Assembly (NCBI GenBank): GCA_044344255.1
Contig: JBIJDH010000009.1
Coordinates: 191,251-255,250, forward strand
Direction of reading: 5' to 3'
From: Myxococcota bacterium
GTDB lineage: Bacteria > Myxococcota_A > UBA796 > UBA2385
Length of the DNA: 64,000 nucleotides
Below the pieces are notes generated by a model. The model saw only the letters and a list, made by a program, of their open reading frames with translations. It was not told the DNA's origin and searched no databases. Both the position numbers and the translations under genes were made by a program. Shown piece by piece: positions 28,641 to 37,519 of the stretch (the first letter of the stretch is position 1; each line of letters starts with the position of its first letter).

Positions 28641-29493
28641 ACGGCACCGGCTCCGCGCTCCTCCCCGCGGAGGACAGCGGGAGGGGGACTCGCTCACACC
28701 CACGCCGCCGGCGGATGAGCTCGGCGGCGACGCTCACGGCGATCTCCTCCGGGGTCTCGGCGCCGATGTCCAAGCCGACCGGCGCCGCGAGTCGCTCGAA
28801 CAAGGCAGGATCGAAGCCCGCTGCGCGGAGGCGAAGGGAGAAGCGGGCCACCTTGGCTCGGCTGCCGATCAGGCCGACCCAGGCCAGCTCTCGCGGGAGC
28901 AGGCGCTCGACGAGGTCTTGATCGAGGTCGTGGCGGTGAGTCACGACGAGGTGGTAGCAGTGCGCGCCGAAGGGCAGGCCGTCGAGCACGCGGAGCGGAT
29001 CGGCCTCGAGGACGCGGACCCCCGGCGGGAAGCGGCCAGGGTCCGCGAACTCCTCCCGCTCGTCGACCACCGTGACCGAGAAGCCGAGGCCCTGGCCCAG
29101 GCCGGCGAGCGCGAGGCCCACGTGCCCACCCCCGTAGATGACGAGCTGCTCCATCGGCTTCAAGGGCTCCACGAAGGCCTCCATGGCGCCACCACAGCAC
29201 ATTCCCAAGTCATGGCGGAGGTTGAGCGCCACCCTGCGGGGCGCGCCGGCGCGGATCGCCGCCTCGGCCTCCTGCTCGAGCCGGTGCTCGAAGGCGCCGC
29301 CGCCGACGGTGCCGACCCGCCCTCCGCCCGCATAGACCAGCATCCGGGCGCTGGCGGCCCGCGGAGCGGAGCCGTTGACCCCGACGACGGTGACGAGGGC
29401 GGCGGGGCGCCCGGCCCGCATGGCCGCAGCGGCGGCCTCGAGGACCTTCAAAGGCCCGCTCGCCGGCGCACCCGCGCCAGGGCGCTTCGACAA
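28597..29493 (-). CDS. xdhC: XdhC/CoxI-family molybdoenzyme accessory protein
   Basis: GSAPR, GTVGGG, GMCCGG, YGGGHVG, GLIGSRAK, PVGLDIGAETPEEIAVS. Confidence 0.92.
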   Translation of the reverse strand: MSKRPGAGAPASGPLKVLEAAAAAMRAGRPAALVTVVGVNGSAPRAASARMLVYAGGGRVGTVGGGAFEHRLEQEAEAAIRAGAPRRVALNLRHDLGMCCGGAMEAFVEPLKPMEQLVIYGGGHVGLALAGLGQGLGFSVTVVDEREEFADPGRFPPGVRVLEADPLRVLDGLPFGAHCYHLVVTHRHDLDQDLVERLLPRELAWVGLIGSRAKVARFSLRLRAAGFDPALFERLAAPVGLDIGAETPEEIAVSVAAELIRRRRGCERVPLPLSSAGRSAEPVPFSEAAGSGGSPRGG

Positions 29494-30773
29494 CCGGCCA
29501 CCGTCTCGGCGTTGTCCCAGCCCCGCACCGCTCCACCCTCAACCACGCGCTCCCCGTGGATCCAGACCCGCCGGACCGCCGCCGGCGTCAGCGCGTAGAC
29601 GATAGCGCTCCGCGGATCACCGCCGCCCCAGCCGGAGATGACGTCGGGATCGATCTCGACGAGGTCGGCGGGGCGGCCGACCTCGATGCGCCCCGTGGCG
29701 AGGCCGAGGGCCTCTGCGCCACGGCGAGTGGCCATGCCGAGGACGGTGGGGGCGTCCATCCGAGCGGCGCCGACCCTCGGCTTTTGGATCAGGGCGGCGA
29801 GGCGCATCTCGGTGAAGGCGTCGAGGCGGTTGTTACAGGGCGCGCCGTCCGCTCCCAGCGTGACCCGCACGCCTCCCGCGAGGAGCTCGGGGATCCGCGC
29901 GAAGCCGCTCGCCAGCTTGAGGTTGGAGCTCGGACAATGGGCGACCGTGGTGCCGGTCCGAGCGAGCAAGCGCTCCTCGGCCGCCGTCAGATGGACGCAG
30001 TGGGCCAGGACCACGTCGCGCCCAGAGAAGCCGAGGGCGTCGAGCCACTCCACGTTGTCACGCCCCGTCATCGCGCGCACCATCGCCACCTCGTCCAGGT
30101 TCTCCGAGGCGTGGGTGTGCAACAGGCAGCCCCGACGGCGAGCCTCGGCGACGGTCTGCCGGAGCAGCTCGGCGCTGCAAGAGGGCACGAAGCGAGGCGC
30201 AAAGGCGTAGGCGAGGCGGGGGGTGCGGCGATGCCAACGATCGGCGAGCTCACAGGCGCTCGCCATCGACCGATCTGTGGGCTCCGAGAGGCCGGCCTCG
30301 TTCTCGAGATCCATCTGGGCCTTGCCGATGAAGGCGCGGATCCCGGCCTCTTCGGCCGCCCGAAACACGGCGTCGGTGTGGGACACCGTAGCCATGTCGA
30401 GGATGGCCGTGGAGCCGCCGAGCAGGAGCTCAGTGATGCCGAGGCGGGCCGACCAGTAGACGCTGTCCTCGTCATGGGCCTTCTCGAGGGGCCAGATGCG
30501 CGTCCGAAGCCAATCGAGCAGGGCGAGGTCATCTGCCAGACCGCGGAAGAGGGTCTGGACGAGGTGGATGTGGGTCTGGACGAAGCCGGGGATCAACCAC
30601 CGTCCGCCGAGATCGATGACCTCCGCCCCCAGCGGTGGGGTGCCGCCGGGCGGCCGGATCGCGTCGATCAGGCCGTCTACGATGTGGACGTCCGCCAGCT
30701 GGGAGGCGGACTCCAGATCGGGATCGTCGGCCACACATGGGATGATACGCGTGTTTCGGAGGATTCGTTTCAC
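29448..30773 (-). CDS. Amidohydrolase, 5'-deoxyadenosine/MTA-SAH deaminase family
   Basis: PGFVQTHIHL.Q, HTHASE, LAHCV, HCPSSNLKLASG, GADG..CNN. Substrate not determinable. Confidence 0.85.
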   Translation of the reverse strand: MKRILRNTRIIPCVADDPDLESASQLADVHIVDGLIDAIRPPGGTPPLGAEVIDLGGRWLIPGFVQTHIHLVQTLFRGLADDLALLDWLRTRIWPLEKAHDEDSVYWSARLGITELLLGGSTAILDMATVSHTDAVFRAAEEAGIRAFIGKAQMDLENEAGLSEPTDRSMASACELADRWHRRTPRLAYAFAPRFVPSCSAELLRQTVAEARRRGCLLHTHASENLDEVAMVRAMTGRDNVEWLDALGFSGRDVVLAHCVHLTAAEERLLARTGTTVAHCPSSNLKLASGFARIPELLAGGVRVTLGADGAPCNNRLDAFTEMRLAALIQKPRVGAARMDAPTVLGMATRRGAEALGLATGRIEVGRPADLVEIDPDVISGWGGGDPRSAIVYALTPAAVRRVWIHGERVVEGGAVRGWDNAETVAGCRSALARVRRRAGL

Positions 30774-30872
30774 CGGGGCCGCATAGCCGATTCCATCCAC
30801 CTCTCCCAGGTGCGGCCTGCCCCGGCGACGCGGCGCCCTCCGAGCCTCCGCGTGCGGCCCCCTCCTTTCTCG

Positions 30873-30902
30873 TTGACCCGGTCACCCCGAGGGGAATACC
30901 AT
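30873..30902 (+). promoter_or_regulatory. Candidate sigma70 promoter for the propeller/HhH gene pair
   Basis: TTGACC-18 nt-TACCAT, about 70 nt upstream of the start codon. Confidence 0.5.
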
Positions 30903-30970
30903 GCCCCCCCGAGGTCGGAGGAGCGGAGCGCCGCCCGCCCTCAACCGCGTGATGGAGCCCCGGAGTGCAC

Positions 30971-32878
30971 ATGCCCCGAGCCCGACGGACTGCCCGGATC
31001 TCTGCGATCCTGCTCACCCTCGCGCTCTCGATCCGCCCGGCCGCGGCGCAAGGGCCCGAGGACGAAGTCCAGGCCCTCGAGGCCCCGACCGCCGAGATCC
31101 CTGACCTCCAGCCGATCGTGAAGCGCTGGTCGGAGGGGCACCGTTGGGTGAGCACCGATCTGCGCGCCCCGGTGAGGGGCCTCGTGCGCCTCCAAAGCGG
31201 CACCCTCCTCACCCTCACCGAAGACGGGCTCGTCTACGTTCGGGCCGAGGGCCAGCCCTGGCGGCGGGCCTCCTTGCCGAGCTCGACGACGGAGGCGGAA
31301 GAGGGGCCATCCGAAGAGGACCTGCTCCTCGAGGCGGAGTCTGCGGTCGAGGACGCCCTCGAGGACTCCGTCGACACCAGCCAGTCCGGTGAGTCCACCG
31401 AGCCCTACGTACAAGACGACGGGGAGATCGAGGTCGAGGCCCCAGAGGCGATCGAGATCGACACCTCGGACGCGCTCGAGTCGGGGCTGGGCCAGCTCAC
31501 CGACGAAGACGAGGGGGCGTCCGGCTCCAGCCCCGCCAGTGGCCTGTGGGTGCTCGCCGGAGACCCCGAGGTAGTGCTCGTGAGCCGCCCCGGGGGCGCC
31601 TGGCGCTCGACCGACGGGGGGCTCAGCTGGGATCCGGTGCCCACGCTCCCGCCCACCAGCACAGTGGTCAGCGTCGGCGGCGCCGCCCCCTACGCCATCG
31701 CCGCCACCGCGGAGGGCCTCCGCTACAGCGGCGACAACGGGGAGGTCTGGTTCACCATCGAGAGCCCGATCGACCAAGGGGAGGTGAGGGGGCTCGCCAC
31801 GGACGGCCTGAACTTCTGGGCTGGCACCGCGGAGGGGCTCTTTCGAAGCGAGGACGGCGTCCGCTGGGTTGCGCTCCGCCCCGCCGGCCTCCCCAGCGCC
31901 GAGCTCCAGACCCTGGCCGTCGATCCCGCCTGGGAGGGCGGCCTCTGGCTCGTCACCTCCGAGTCGGTGCTCCGCAGCGACGATGGCGGCGTCACCGTGC
32001 GCCCTGTGGGGCGAAACCCCCTCAAGGGCACCCACCAGCTCCTCCCTCAGGCAGAGCCTGGCCACCTCTTCGCGGTGGGGGCCAACGGCGTGTGGGAGAG
32101 CCTGGACGGCGGCCTCCGCTGGACCCCGATCGCGGAGGGGCTCCCGAGCCCCGACCAGACCGCCCTCGTCTTCGACCGCTCGGGCCCCGTGGTGGGCGGC
32201 CAGGACGGCGTCTTCGCGCTGATGGCGCTCGAGGACTCCCCCACCGTCGCCTCCGGCATCCCCGAAGAGCAGGCGCCTCCGCCGGTCGTCGAGGTGATGC
32301 AAGCGGCGCTCCGCCGGAACGGCGCCACCATGACGCCCCTGCACATCCAGCACGCGCTGGTACGGAGCCTCCTGTCCCCCTCGCTGGTGTTGTTCGGGGC
32401 CTACAACCGACGCCAATCTTTCAGCGCCGACATCCCTGGCCTCTCCAACGCGGGCACCACCGACTCCGACGTCTCCGCCGGCCTGAGCCTCTGCTTCGGC
32501 CGGTGCGGCTCCACCACGAGCTCGACCGGCGACGAGACCGAGGTCGAGGACATCGACATCGACTCCCTCACCGAGTCCGGGGACATCGTCGTAGTCGGCG
32601 ATGACGCCTACCTCACCGAGGCCGGCGACTACAGCGCCCTGGCGGCCAACGTCGCCAACCGCATCTCCAGCTACCGCACCACGGTCTCCGACCAGGTGGC
32701 CGATCTCTACTTCGCCCGGAAGAAGCTCGTCGCCGAGCGCAACGACTTTCAGGGTCTCCCCCTCCGCGAGCAGACCCGCCACGAGCTGGAGATCCAGCTC
32801 GTCACCGCTCGGCTCGACGCGCTCACCGACGGCTACTTCTCCGCTGCCCTGAGCCCACCGGCGCAGAGCGGCTCCTGA
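30971..32878 (+). CDS. Secreted BNR/Asp-box beta-propeller protein with C-terminal TolC-like half-repeat
   Basis: Signal peptide (AAAQ); Asp-box repeats STDGGLSW, SGDNGEVW, SEDGVRW, SDDGG, SLDGGLRW; C-terminus paralogous to the next gene. Confidence 0.75.
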   Translation: MPRARRTARISAILLTLALSIRPAAAQGPEDEVQALEAPTAEIPDLQPIVKRWSEGHRWVSTDLRAPVRGLVRLQSGTLLTLTEDGLVYVRAEGQPWRRASLPSSTTEAEEGPSEEDLLLEAESAVEDALEDSVDTSQSGESTEPYVQDDGEIEVEAPEAIEIDTSDALESGLGQLTDEDEGASGSSPASGLWVLAGDPEVVLVSRPGGAWRSTDGGLSWDPVPTLPPTSTVVSVGGAAPYAIAATAEGLRYSGDNGEVWFTIESPIDQGEVRGLATDGLNFWAGTAEGLFRSEDGVRWVALRPAGLPSAELQTLAVDPAWEGGLWLVTSESVLRSDDGGVTVRPVGRNPLKGTHQLLPQAEPGHLFAVGANGVWESLDGGLRWTPIAEGLPSPDQTALVFDRSGPVVGGQDGVFALMALEDSPTVASGIPEEQAPPPVVEVMQAALRRNGATMTPLHIQHALVRSLLSPSLVLFGAYNRRQSFSADIPGLSNAGTTDSDVSAGLSLCFGRCGSTTSSTGDETEVEDIDIDSLTESGDIVVVGDDAYLTEAGDYSALAANVANRISSYRTTVSDQVADLYFARKKLVAERNDFQGLPLREQTRHELEIQLVTARLDALTDGYFSAALSPPAQSGS

Positions 32879-32948
32879 GCTGATCGGTCCGGCCCGCTCC
32901 CTGCTCTCTCTGTCTCCCCACTCCTCGTGGCCCTCAATGGGAGCCCCC

Positions 32949-33806
32949 ATGAAGCACGCCCGCCCCCTCCTCGCCCTGGCCCTCACCCTCGGCATCAGCA
33001 TCAGCGCGCCGGCCTCCGCAACCGGCGCCCCCGCCGCGCCGATGCGCCTGAACCAGGCCACCGCCGCCGAGCTCGGACAGATCGAGGGCGTAGACGGCGT
33101 GACCGCGAGGCGCATCGTCGAGCTCCGCGAGCAGCGCGGCCGGATCGGCTCGATCGAGGCTCTGCGCATCCTGGCCCTCCCGGAGGACACCCTCCAGCAC
33201 CTCCGCGAGGGCACCGTCCTCGACCTCGCTGTGCGGGAAGGGGGCGGCAAGCGCTACGCCAACGCCGCCGAGGTCCTCCAGGAATTCGCCGGCGAGCCCG
33301 ACGTCCGCGCGGTCCAGGCCATGACCCTCCGCTACACGAACACCAACCCCGATCTCGTCGAGGGCTGGCTCAGCGCCTCGCGCACCGCCTACATCCTGCC
33401 CAAGCTGCAGCTTGGCTATGAAAAGAAGCTCAACCTGAACAACGGCTACGACTACCAGCCAAACGAGAACGGCGACCTCGAGTCCGTCAAGGACGACGCC
33501 GACGCCGACAATGACGACAAGTACACCGTCAAGATGGAGTGGCGCCTCGACAAGCTGGTGATGTCGTCCGAGCGGATCCGGGTCATCAACGAGGCCCAGG
33601 ACATCGTCAAGCTGCGCGACAAGGTGCTCGATCAGGTCACCCGCCTCTACTTCGACCGCCGTCGCCTCCAGGTCGACCGCCTGCTCAACCCACCGGGAGA
33701 GGTGAAGGGGCAGATCGAGAGCGAGCTGCACCTCCAGGAGCTCACGGCCAACCTCGACGCCCTCACCGGCGGCGCCTTCTCCGCCGCTCTCCCCGCCTCG
33801 GAGTAG
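32949..33806 (+). CDS. Secreted ComEA-like helix-hairpin-helix protein with C-terminal TolC-like half-repeat
   Basis: Signal peptide (ASA); LNQATAAEL..I.GV....A..I...R...G.I.S.E.L HhH pattern; LPKLQL...WRLD...VTRLYF...LDALTG. Confidence 0.75.
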   Translation: MKHARPLLALALTLGISISAPASATGAPAAPMRLNQATAAELGQIEGVDGVTARRIVELREQRGRIGSIEALRILALPEDTLQHLREGTVLDLAVREGGGKRYANAAEVLQEFAGEPDVRAVQAMTLRYTNTNPDLVEGWLSASRTAYILPKLQLGYEKKLNLNNGYDYQPNENGDLESVKDDADADNDDKYTVKMEWRLDKLVMSSERIRVINEAQDIVKLRDKVLDQVTRLYFDRRRLQVDRLLNPPGEVKGQIESELHLQELTANLDALTGGAFSAALPASE

Positions 33807-33810
33807 CCCC

Positions 33811-35358
33811 TTGTCCCTCGGTCACCCCCTCGTCCTCATCCTGGACTTCGGCTCGCAGACGACCCAGCTCATCGCGCGCCGCCTCCGCGAGATGGGGGTG
33901 TACTGCGAGATCCGCCCCTGCAACGACACCCCCGCCCTCCCGGCTGGGGGCCAGCTCCTCGGCGTCATCCTCTCCGGAGGGCCCTCCTCGGTCTATGACA
34001 CCGACGCTCCGCCCTTCGATCCCGCCTGGCTCGACCTGCCTGTGCCGATGCTCGGCATCTGCTACGGGATGCAGCTCATGGCTTGGCATGGTGGGGGAGA
34101 GGTCGCCCGGGCCGAGCACCGGGAGTACGGCCCCGCGGTGGTGGCCCGTCAGGCTGAGAGCGCGCTCTGGGAGGGCCTCCCCGCCGAGGCCCGCGTGTGG
34201 ATGAGCCACGGCGATCAGGTCGCGCGGCTGCCCTCCGGGTACTCGGCCATCGCCAGCACGCCAAGCTGCCCGGTCGCGGCGATGGCCAACGACACCGGCA
34301 CTCGCTTCGGCATCCAATTCCACCCCGAGGTGGTTCACTCCGAGGGCGGCGAGCGCCTGCTGCGCAACTTCGCCTTCGCGGTCTGCGGCGCCCGAGGGGA
34401 CTGGACGATGCGCAGCTTCGTCGGCGAGGAGGTCGCCAGCCTCCGCGCTCGGCTCGGCGATGATCATGTGCTCTGCGCCCTCTCCGGCGGCGTGGACTCC
34501 GCCGTGACCGCCGCCATCCTCCGGGCCGCCATCGGCCCCCGCCTCCACTGTGTCTTCGTAGACAACGGCGTGCTGCGGAAGGGGGAGCGGGAGAGCGTGG
34601 GCGCGGAGTTCGCAGACTTCGACACCCTCGTGGTCGACGCCCGCGAGCGCTTCCTCAACGCCCTCGCTGGCGTCGAAGATCCGGAGCGCAAACGAAAGAT
34701 CATCGGGGAGACCTTCATCCGCGTCTTCGAAGAGGAGGCCCTCGCCCTCAAGGCTCGGGTGGGCGAGATCCGCTGGCTCGCCCAGGGCACGCTCTACCCC
34801 GACGTCATCGAGTCGGTCTCCTTCCGCGGTCCCTCGGCCACGATCAAGAGCCACCACAACGTCGGCGGCTTGCCCGAGCGGATGAACCTCAAGCTGGTCG
34901 AGCCCCTGCGCGAGCTGTTCAAGGATGAGGTGCGGCTGCTCGGCCTCGAGCTGGGCCTGTCCGACGCGCGGGTCTGGCGGCAGCCCTTCCCCGGCCCAGG
35001 CCTCGCGGTGCGGATCCTCGGCGAGGTGACGGCCGAGCGGGTGGGTGTGCTGCAGAGCGCGGATGCCATCCTCGATGAAGAGATCCGCGCCGCTGGCCTC
35101 TACCGTTCGCTCTGGCAGAGCTTCGCCGTCCTGCTGCCCGTGCGCAGCGTGGGCGTGATGGGCGACGCCCGAACCTACGAGTGGACCTGCATGATCCGCG
35201 CTGTTCACTCGACGGACGGCATGACCGCTCACGTCGCCCGCCTGCCGTGGGAGCTCCTCGAGCGGGTCTCCAGTCGGATCATCAACGAGGTCCGCGGCAT
35301 CAACCGGGTCGGCTACGACATCAGCAGCAAGCCCCCGGCGACCATCGAGTGGGAGTAG
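33811..35358 (+). CDS. guaA: GMP synthase (glutamine-hydrolysing)
   Basis: LDFGSQ, GICYGMQ, QFHPEV, SGGVDS, IKSHHNVGG, KPPATIEWE. Confidence 0.97.
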   Translation: MSLGHPLVLILDFGSQTTQLIARRLREMGVYCEIRPCNDTPALPAGGQLLGVILSGGPSSVYDTDAPPFDPAWLDLPVPMLGICYGMQLMAWHGGGEVARAEHREYGPAVVARQAESALWEGLPAEARVWMSHGDQVARLPSGYSAIASTPSCPVAAMANDTGTRFGIQFHPEVVHSEGGERLLRNFAFAVCGARGDWTMRSFVGEEVASLRARLGDDHVLCALSGGVDSAVTAAILRAAIGPRLHCVFVDNGVLRKGERESVGAEFADFDTLVVDARERFLNALAGVEDPERKRKIIGETFIRVFEEEALALKARVGEIRWLAQGTLYPDVIESVSFRGPSATIKSHHNVGGLPERMNLKLVEPLRELFKDEVRLLGLELGLSDARVWRQPFPGPGLAVRILGEVTAERVGVLQSADAILDEEIRAAGLYRSLWQSFAVLLPVRSVGVMGDARTYEWTCMIRAVHSTDGMTAHVARLPWELLERVSSRIINEVRGINRVGYDISSKPPATIEWE

Positions 35359-35396
35359 GGGCAGGGCCCGCGCCCGCCGCCGAGCGACGTCCCGCG

Positions 35397-36626
35397 GTGC
35401 AGGCCGCCCTCTGGGCCGCGCTCACCCTCATCGCCGCCCTTGATCCAGGCGTCCGCCCCTGGACCGCCGGGCCGGTCGCGCTGGGGGCCGCGGGCCTCGC
35501 CGCCCTCCTCGGGGCGCGCTGGCCCGCCCTCGGGGCGATGGTGCTGGTGCTCGGCGCCACCCCGCTCTGGTGCGCGGCGATCCTCGGGGCCGGGGTCTCC
35601 GGCGCGGCTCTCCTCCTCGGCGCGGCCGGCCTGCTGGCCTTCGGACGCGGGCCCTTGCCGCCGGCCCTCCGCGTGGTCGTGCTGATCGCGCTCTCCGTCG
35701 AGGCCCTGCGAGCGCACCTCGCCGGCCCCTCCCTCCCCGCGCTGGGCGATCTGGCTCTCCCCTGGTGGCTGGTTGGGCTGGGGTTGGTGGGCTGCCTGAG
35801 CGGCGCCCTCCCCGGTCGGCTGCCGGTCGCCGGCCTCCTGCTGGCCGGTCTGATCACGCTCGGGCGCTCAGCCCTGCTGCTCGAGGCCGGCGCCCACGAC
35901 ACCCGTTCGGTCGAGTCGCTCGTGCAGGCCGAGCTCTTCGAATATGTGGCCCTACCAGAGGCCCCCGGCCTCGCCCTCTTCGCGCTCTCGCGCCGCCCCA
36001 CCGACCACGCCCTCGCGCTCGCGCTGCTGCCAGAGGTCGGCCTCGACCGAGCCCTCTCCGCCGGCTGGGACCCGCTGCGGGCCCACCTGTCCCCGGAGCT
36101 CCGGCGAGAGATCGCGCGGTGGCTCGACCAGAAGGGGAGGGGAGGCGCGGCGATCCGGCTCCTGCGCCGAGGGCGGGCCGACCCCACCGTCGCCTGGACC
36201 GCCGTGCTCTACGCCCGTCAGCAGGGCCGCGCCGATCTCGAGGCCGGCCCCGGTGAGCGCCTCCAGGCACCCGAGGGGACCGCCAGCTTGCCCGGACACG
36301 TCGCGCTCTCCATCTTGATGGACAGGAACGGCGAACACGGCCTGGACTTCGACGCCCGAGCCCCCCTGGCACGCCTCGTCTTGACCCTCGAAGGGGAGAG
36401 CTGGCGAGGAGATCCTGCGCTCAGCCTGCGCGTCGATCAGGGGCCCATCCAGACCGCCATCGCGCCAGCGGGCCGCTCCGAGCTCACGCTCGAAGGCACG
36501 CTCCGCGCAGGTCCACACCGGATCGTCGTGCGCTTCCTCAACGACGCTCGCGGGGAAGGAGGTGACCGAAACCTACGCTTGATCGGCATCTCCGACGAGG
36601 CCCGCAGCGAGCCCGCCGCAAATTAG
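35397..36626 (+). CDS. Membrane protein with C-terminal carbohydrate-binding-like beta domain
   Basis: Several N-terminal TM segments; C-terminal GPH.I.V.F.ND....GDRNL, typical of Ca-dependent CBM-like domains. Start uncertain. Confidence 0.6.
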   Translation: MQAALWAALTLIAALDPGVRPWTAGPVALGAAGLAALLGARWPALGAMVLVLGATPLWCAAILGAGVSGAALLLGAAGLLAFGRGPLPPALRVVVLIALSVEALRAHLAGPSLPALGDLALPWWLVGLGLVGCLSGALPGRLPVAGLLLAGLITLGRSALLLEAGAHDTRSVESLVQAELFEYVALPEAPGLALFALSRRPTDHALALALLPEVGLDRALSAGWDPLRAHLSPELRREIARWLDQKGRGGAAIRLLRRGRADPTVAWTAVLYARQQGRADLEAGPGERLQAPEGTASLPGHVALSILMDRNGEHGLDFDARAPLARLVLTLEGESWRGDPALSLRVDQGPIQTAIAPAGRSELTLEGTLRAGPHRIVVRFLNDARGEGGDRNLRLIGISDEARSEPAAN

Positions 36627-37495
36627 GGCTCGCTCGAGCTTGGCTCGCCGACCTCCGCTCCGCCGAGCTCCTCCTCGCCGGTCCCCAGCCATCCCTCGGC
36701 CTCCCCTTCGATGGCGTCGGCGATTCGATCGGCCAGCGCGGCCGGATCGGCGAAGGGCCGCGCGAGGTTGACCTTGAAGAGGCTCACGCTCTCGGGCTTG
36801 TGCAGCCAGGGATCGCCGCCCTCCACGAGGTCAGGGGGCTCGCCGGTGAACAGGATGTCGGTGTGGGGGCTGAGCGGCGGATCGACCACCCGCAGCAGGC
36901 CCTCCTCTGGGAAGTCGAACCACCGCACCGGCACCCCCTTGAGGAAGGTGCGGAGCTCGTCGGGGAGCAGCTTCCAGGCCTGTTTCCAGGCCCGCTCCCA
37001 GGTGGCCTGGGCGGGCGCACGGGTGACCTGGGGGAACTTGGCCGGATCGAGGGTGTGGGCGCGGCGGAGGCAGCGCTCCCCCTCCGGATCTCCGCGCCGC
37101 TCCAAGATCAGCCCTTGAACGTACCAGGCACGGGCCACGCCGGCGTCGAGGCGGAGGGCCTCTCGCGCCGACACGAGGGCCTCATCGAAACGAAGGAGCT
37201 CGAAGCGGCCCGCCGCGACCTTCGACCAGCCGACCGGATCCTCCGCCTCGAGCTCCGCCCGCCTCGACCAGGCTGCGTCAGCGGTGGCCATGTCGCCTTG
37301 CTCCCAGCAGATCTCGCCGACCAGATCGAGGGCCTCGACGTGGTCCGGCTGGACCTCGAGCAGCTCTTCGACCTCGACCAGCGCGATGTCGAGCGAGCCC
37401 TCTTGATAGAGGGCTACGGCCTTCTTGAGGCGCAAGGCCGCGAGGAGGGCGGGCTCGACCGCCCAGGGTGAGCTGGTGCCTTCATCGGTGGGCAA
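36623..37495 (-). CDS. TPR + zincin-like (DUF1025-type) protein lacking HExxH
   Basis: TPR-like helices; LPDELR..L.GV, LF.G, P.S..LF..NL scaffold, with GEAEG at the HExxH position. Confidence 0.7.
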   Translation of the reverse strand: MPTDEGTSSPWAVEPALLAALRLKKAVALYQEGSLDIALVEVEELLEVQPDHVEALDLVGEICWEQGDMATADAAWSRRAELEAEDPVGWSKVAAGRFELLRFDEALVSAREALRLDAGVARAWYVQGLILERRGDPEGERCLRRAHTLDPAKFPQVTRAPAQATWERAWKQAWKLLPDELRTFLKGVPVRWFDFPEEGLLRVVDPPLSPHTDILFTGEPPDLVEGGDPWLHKPESVSLFKVNLARPFADPAALADRIADAIEGEAEGWLGTGEEELGGAEVGEPSSSEP

Positions 37496-37519
37496 GCGCG
37501 GCCCTCGCTCGGGGGAGGC

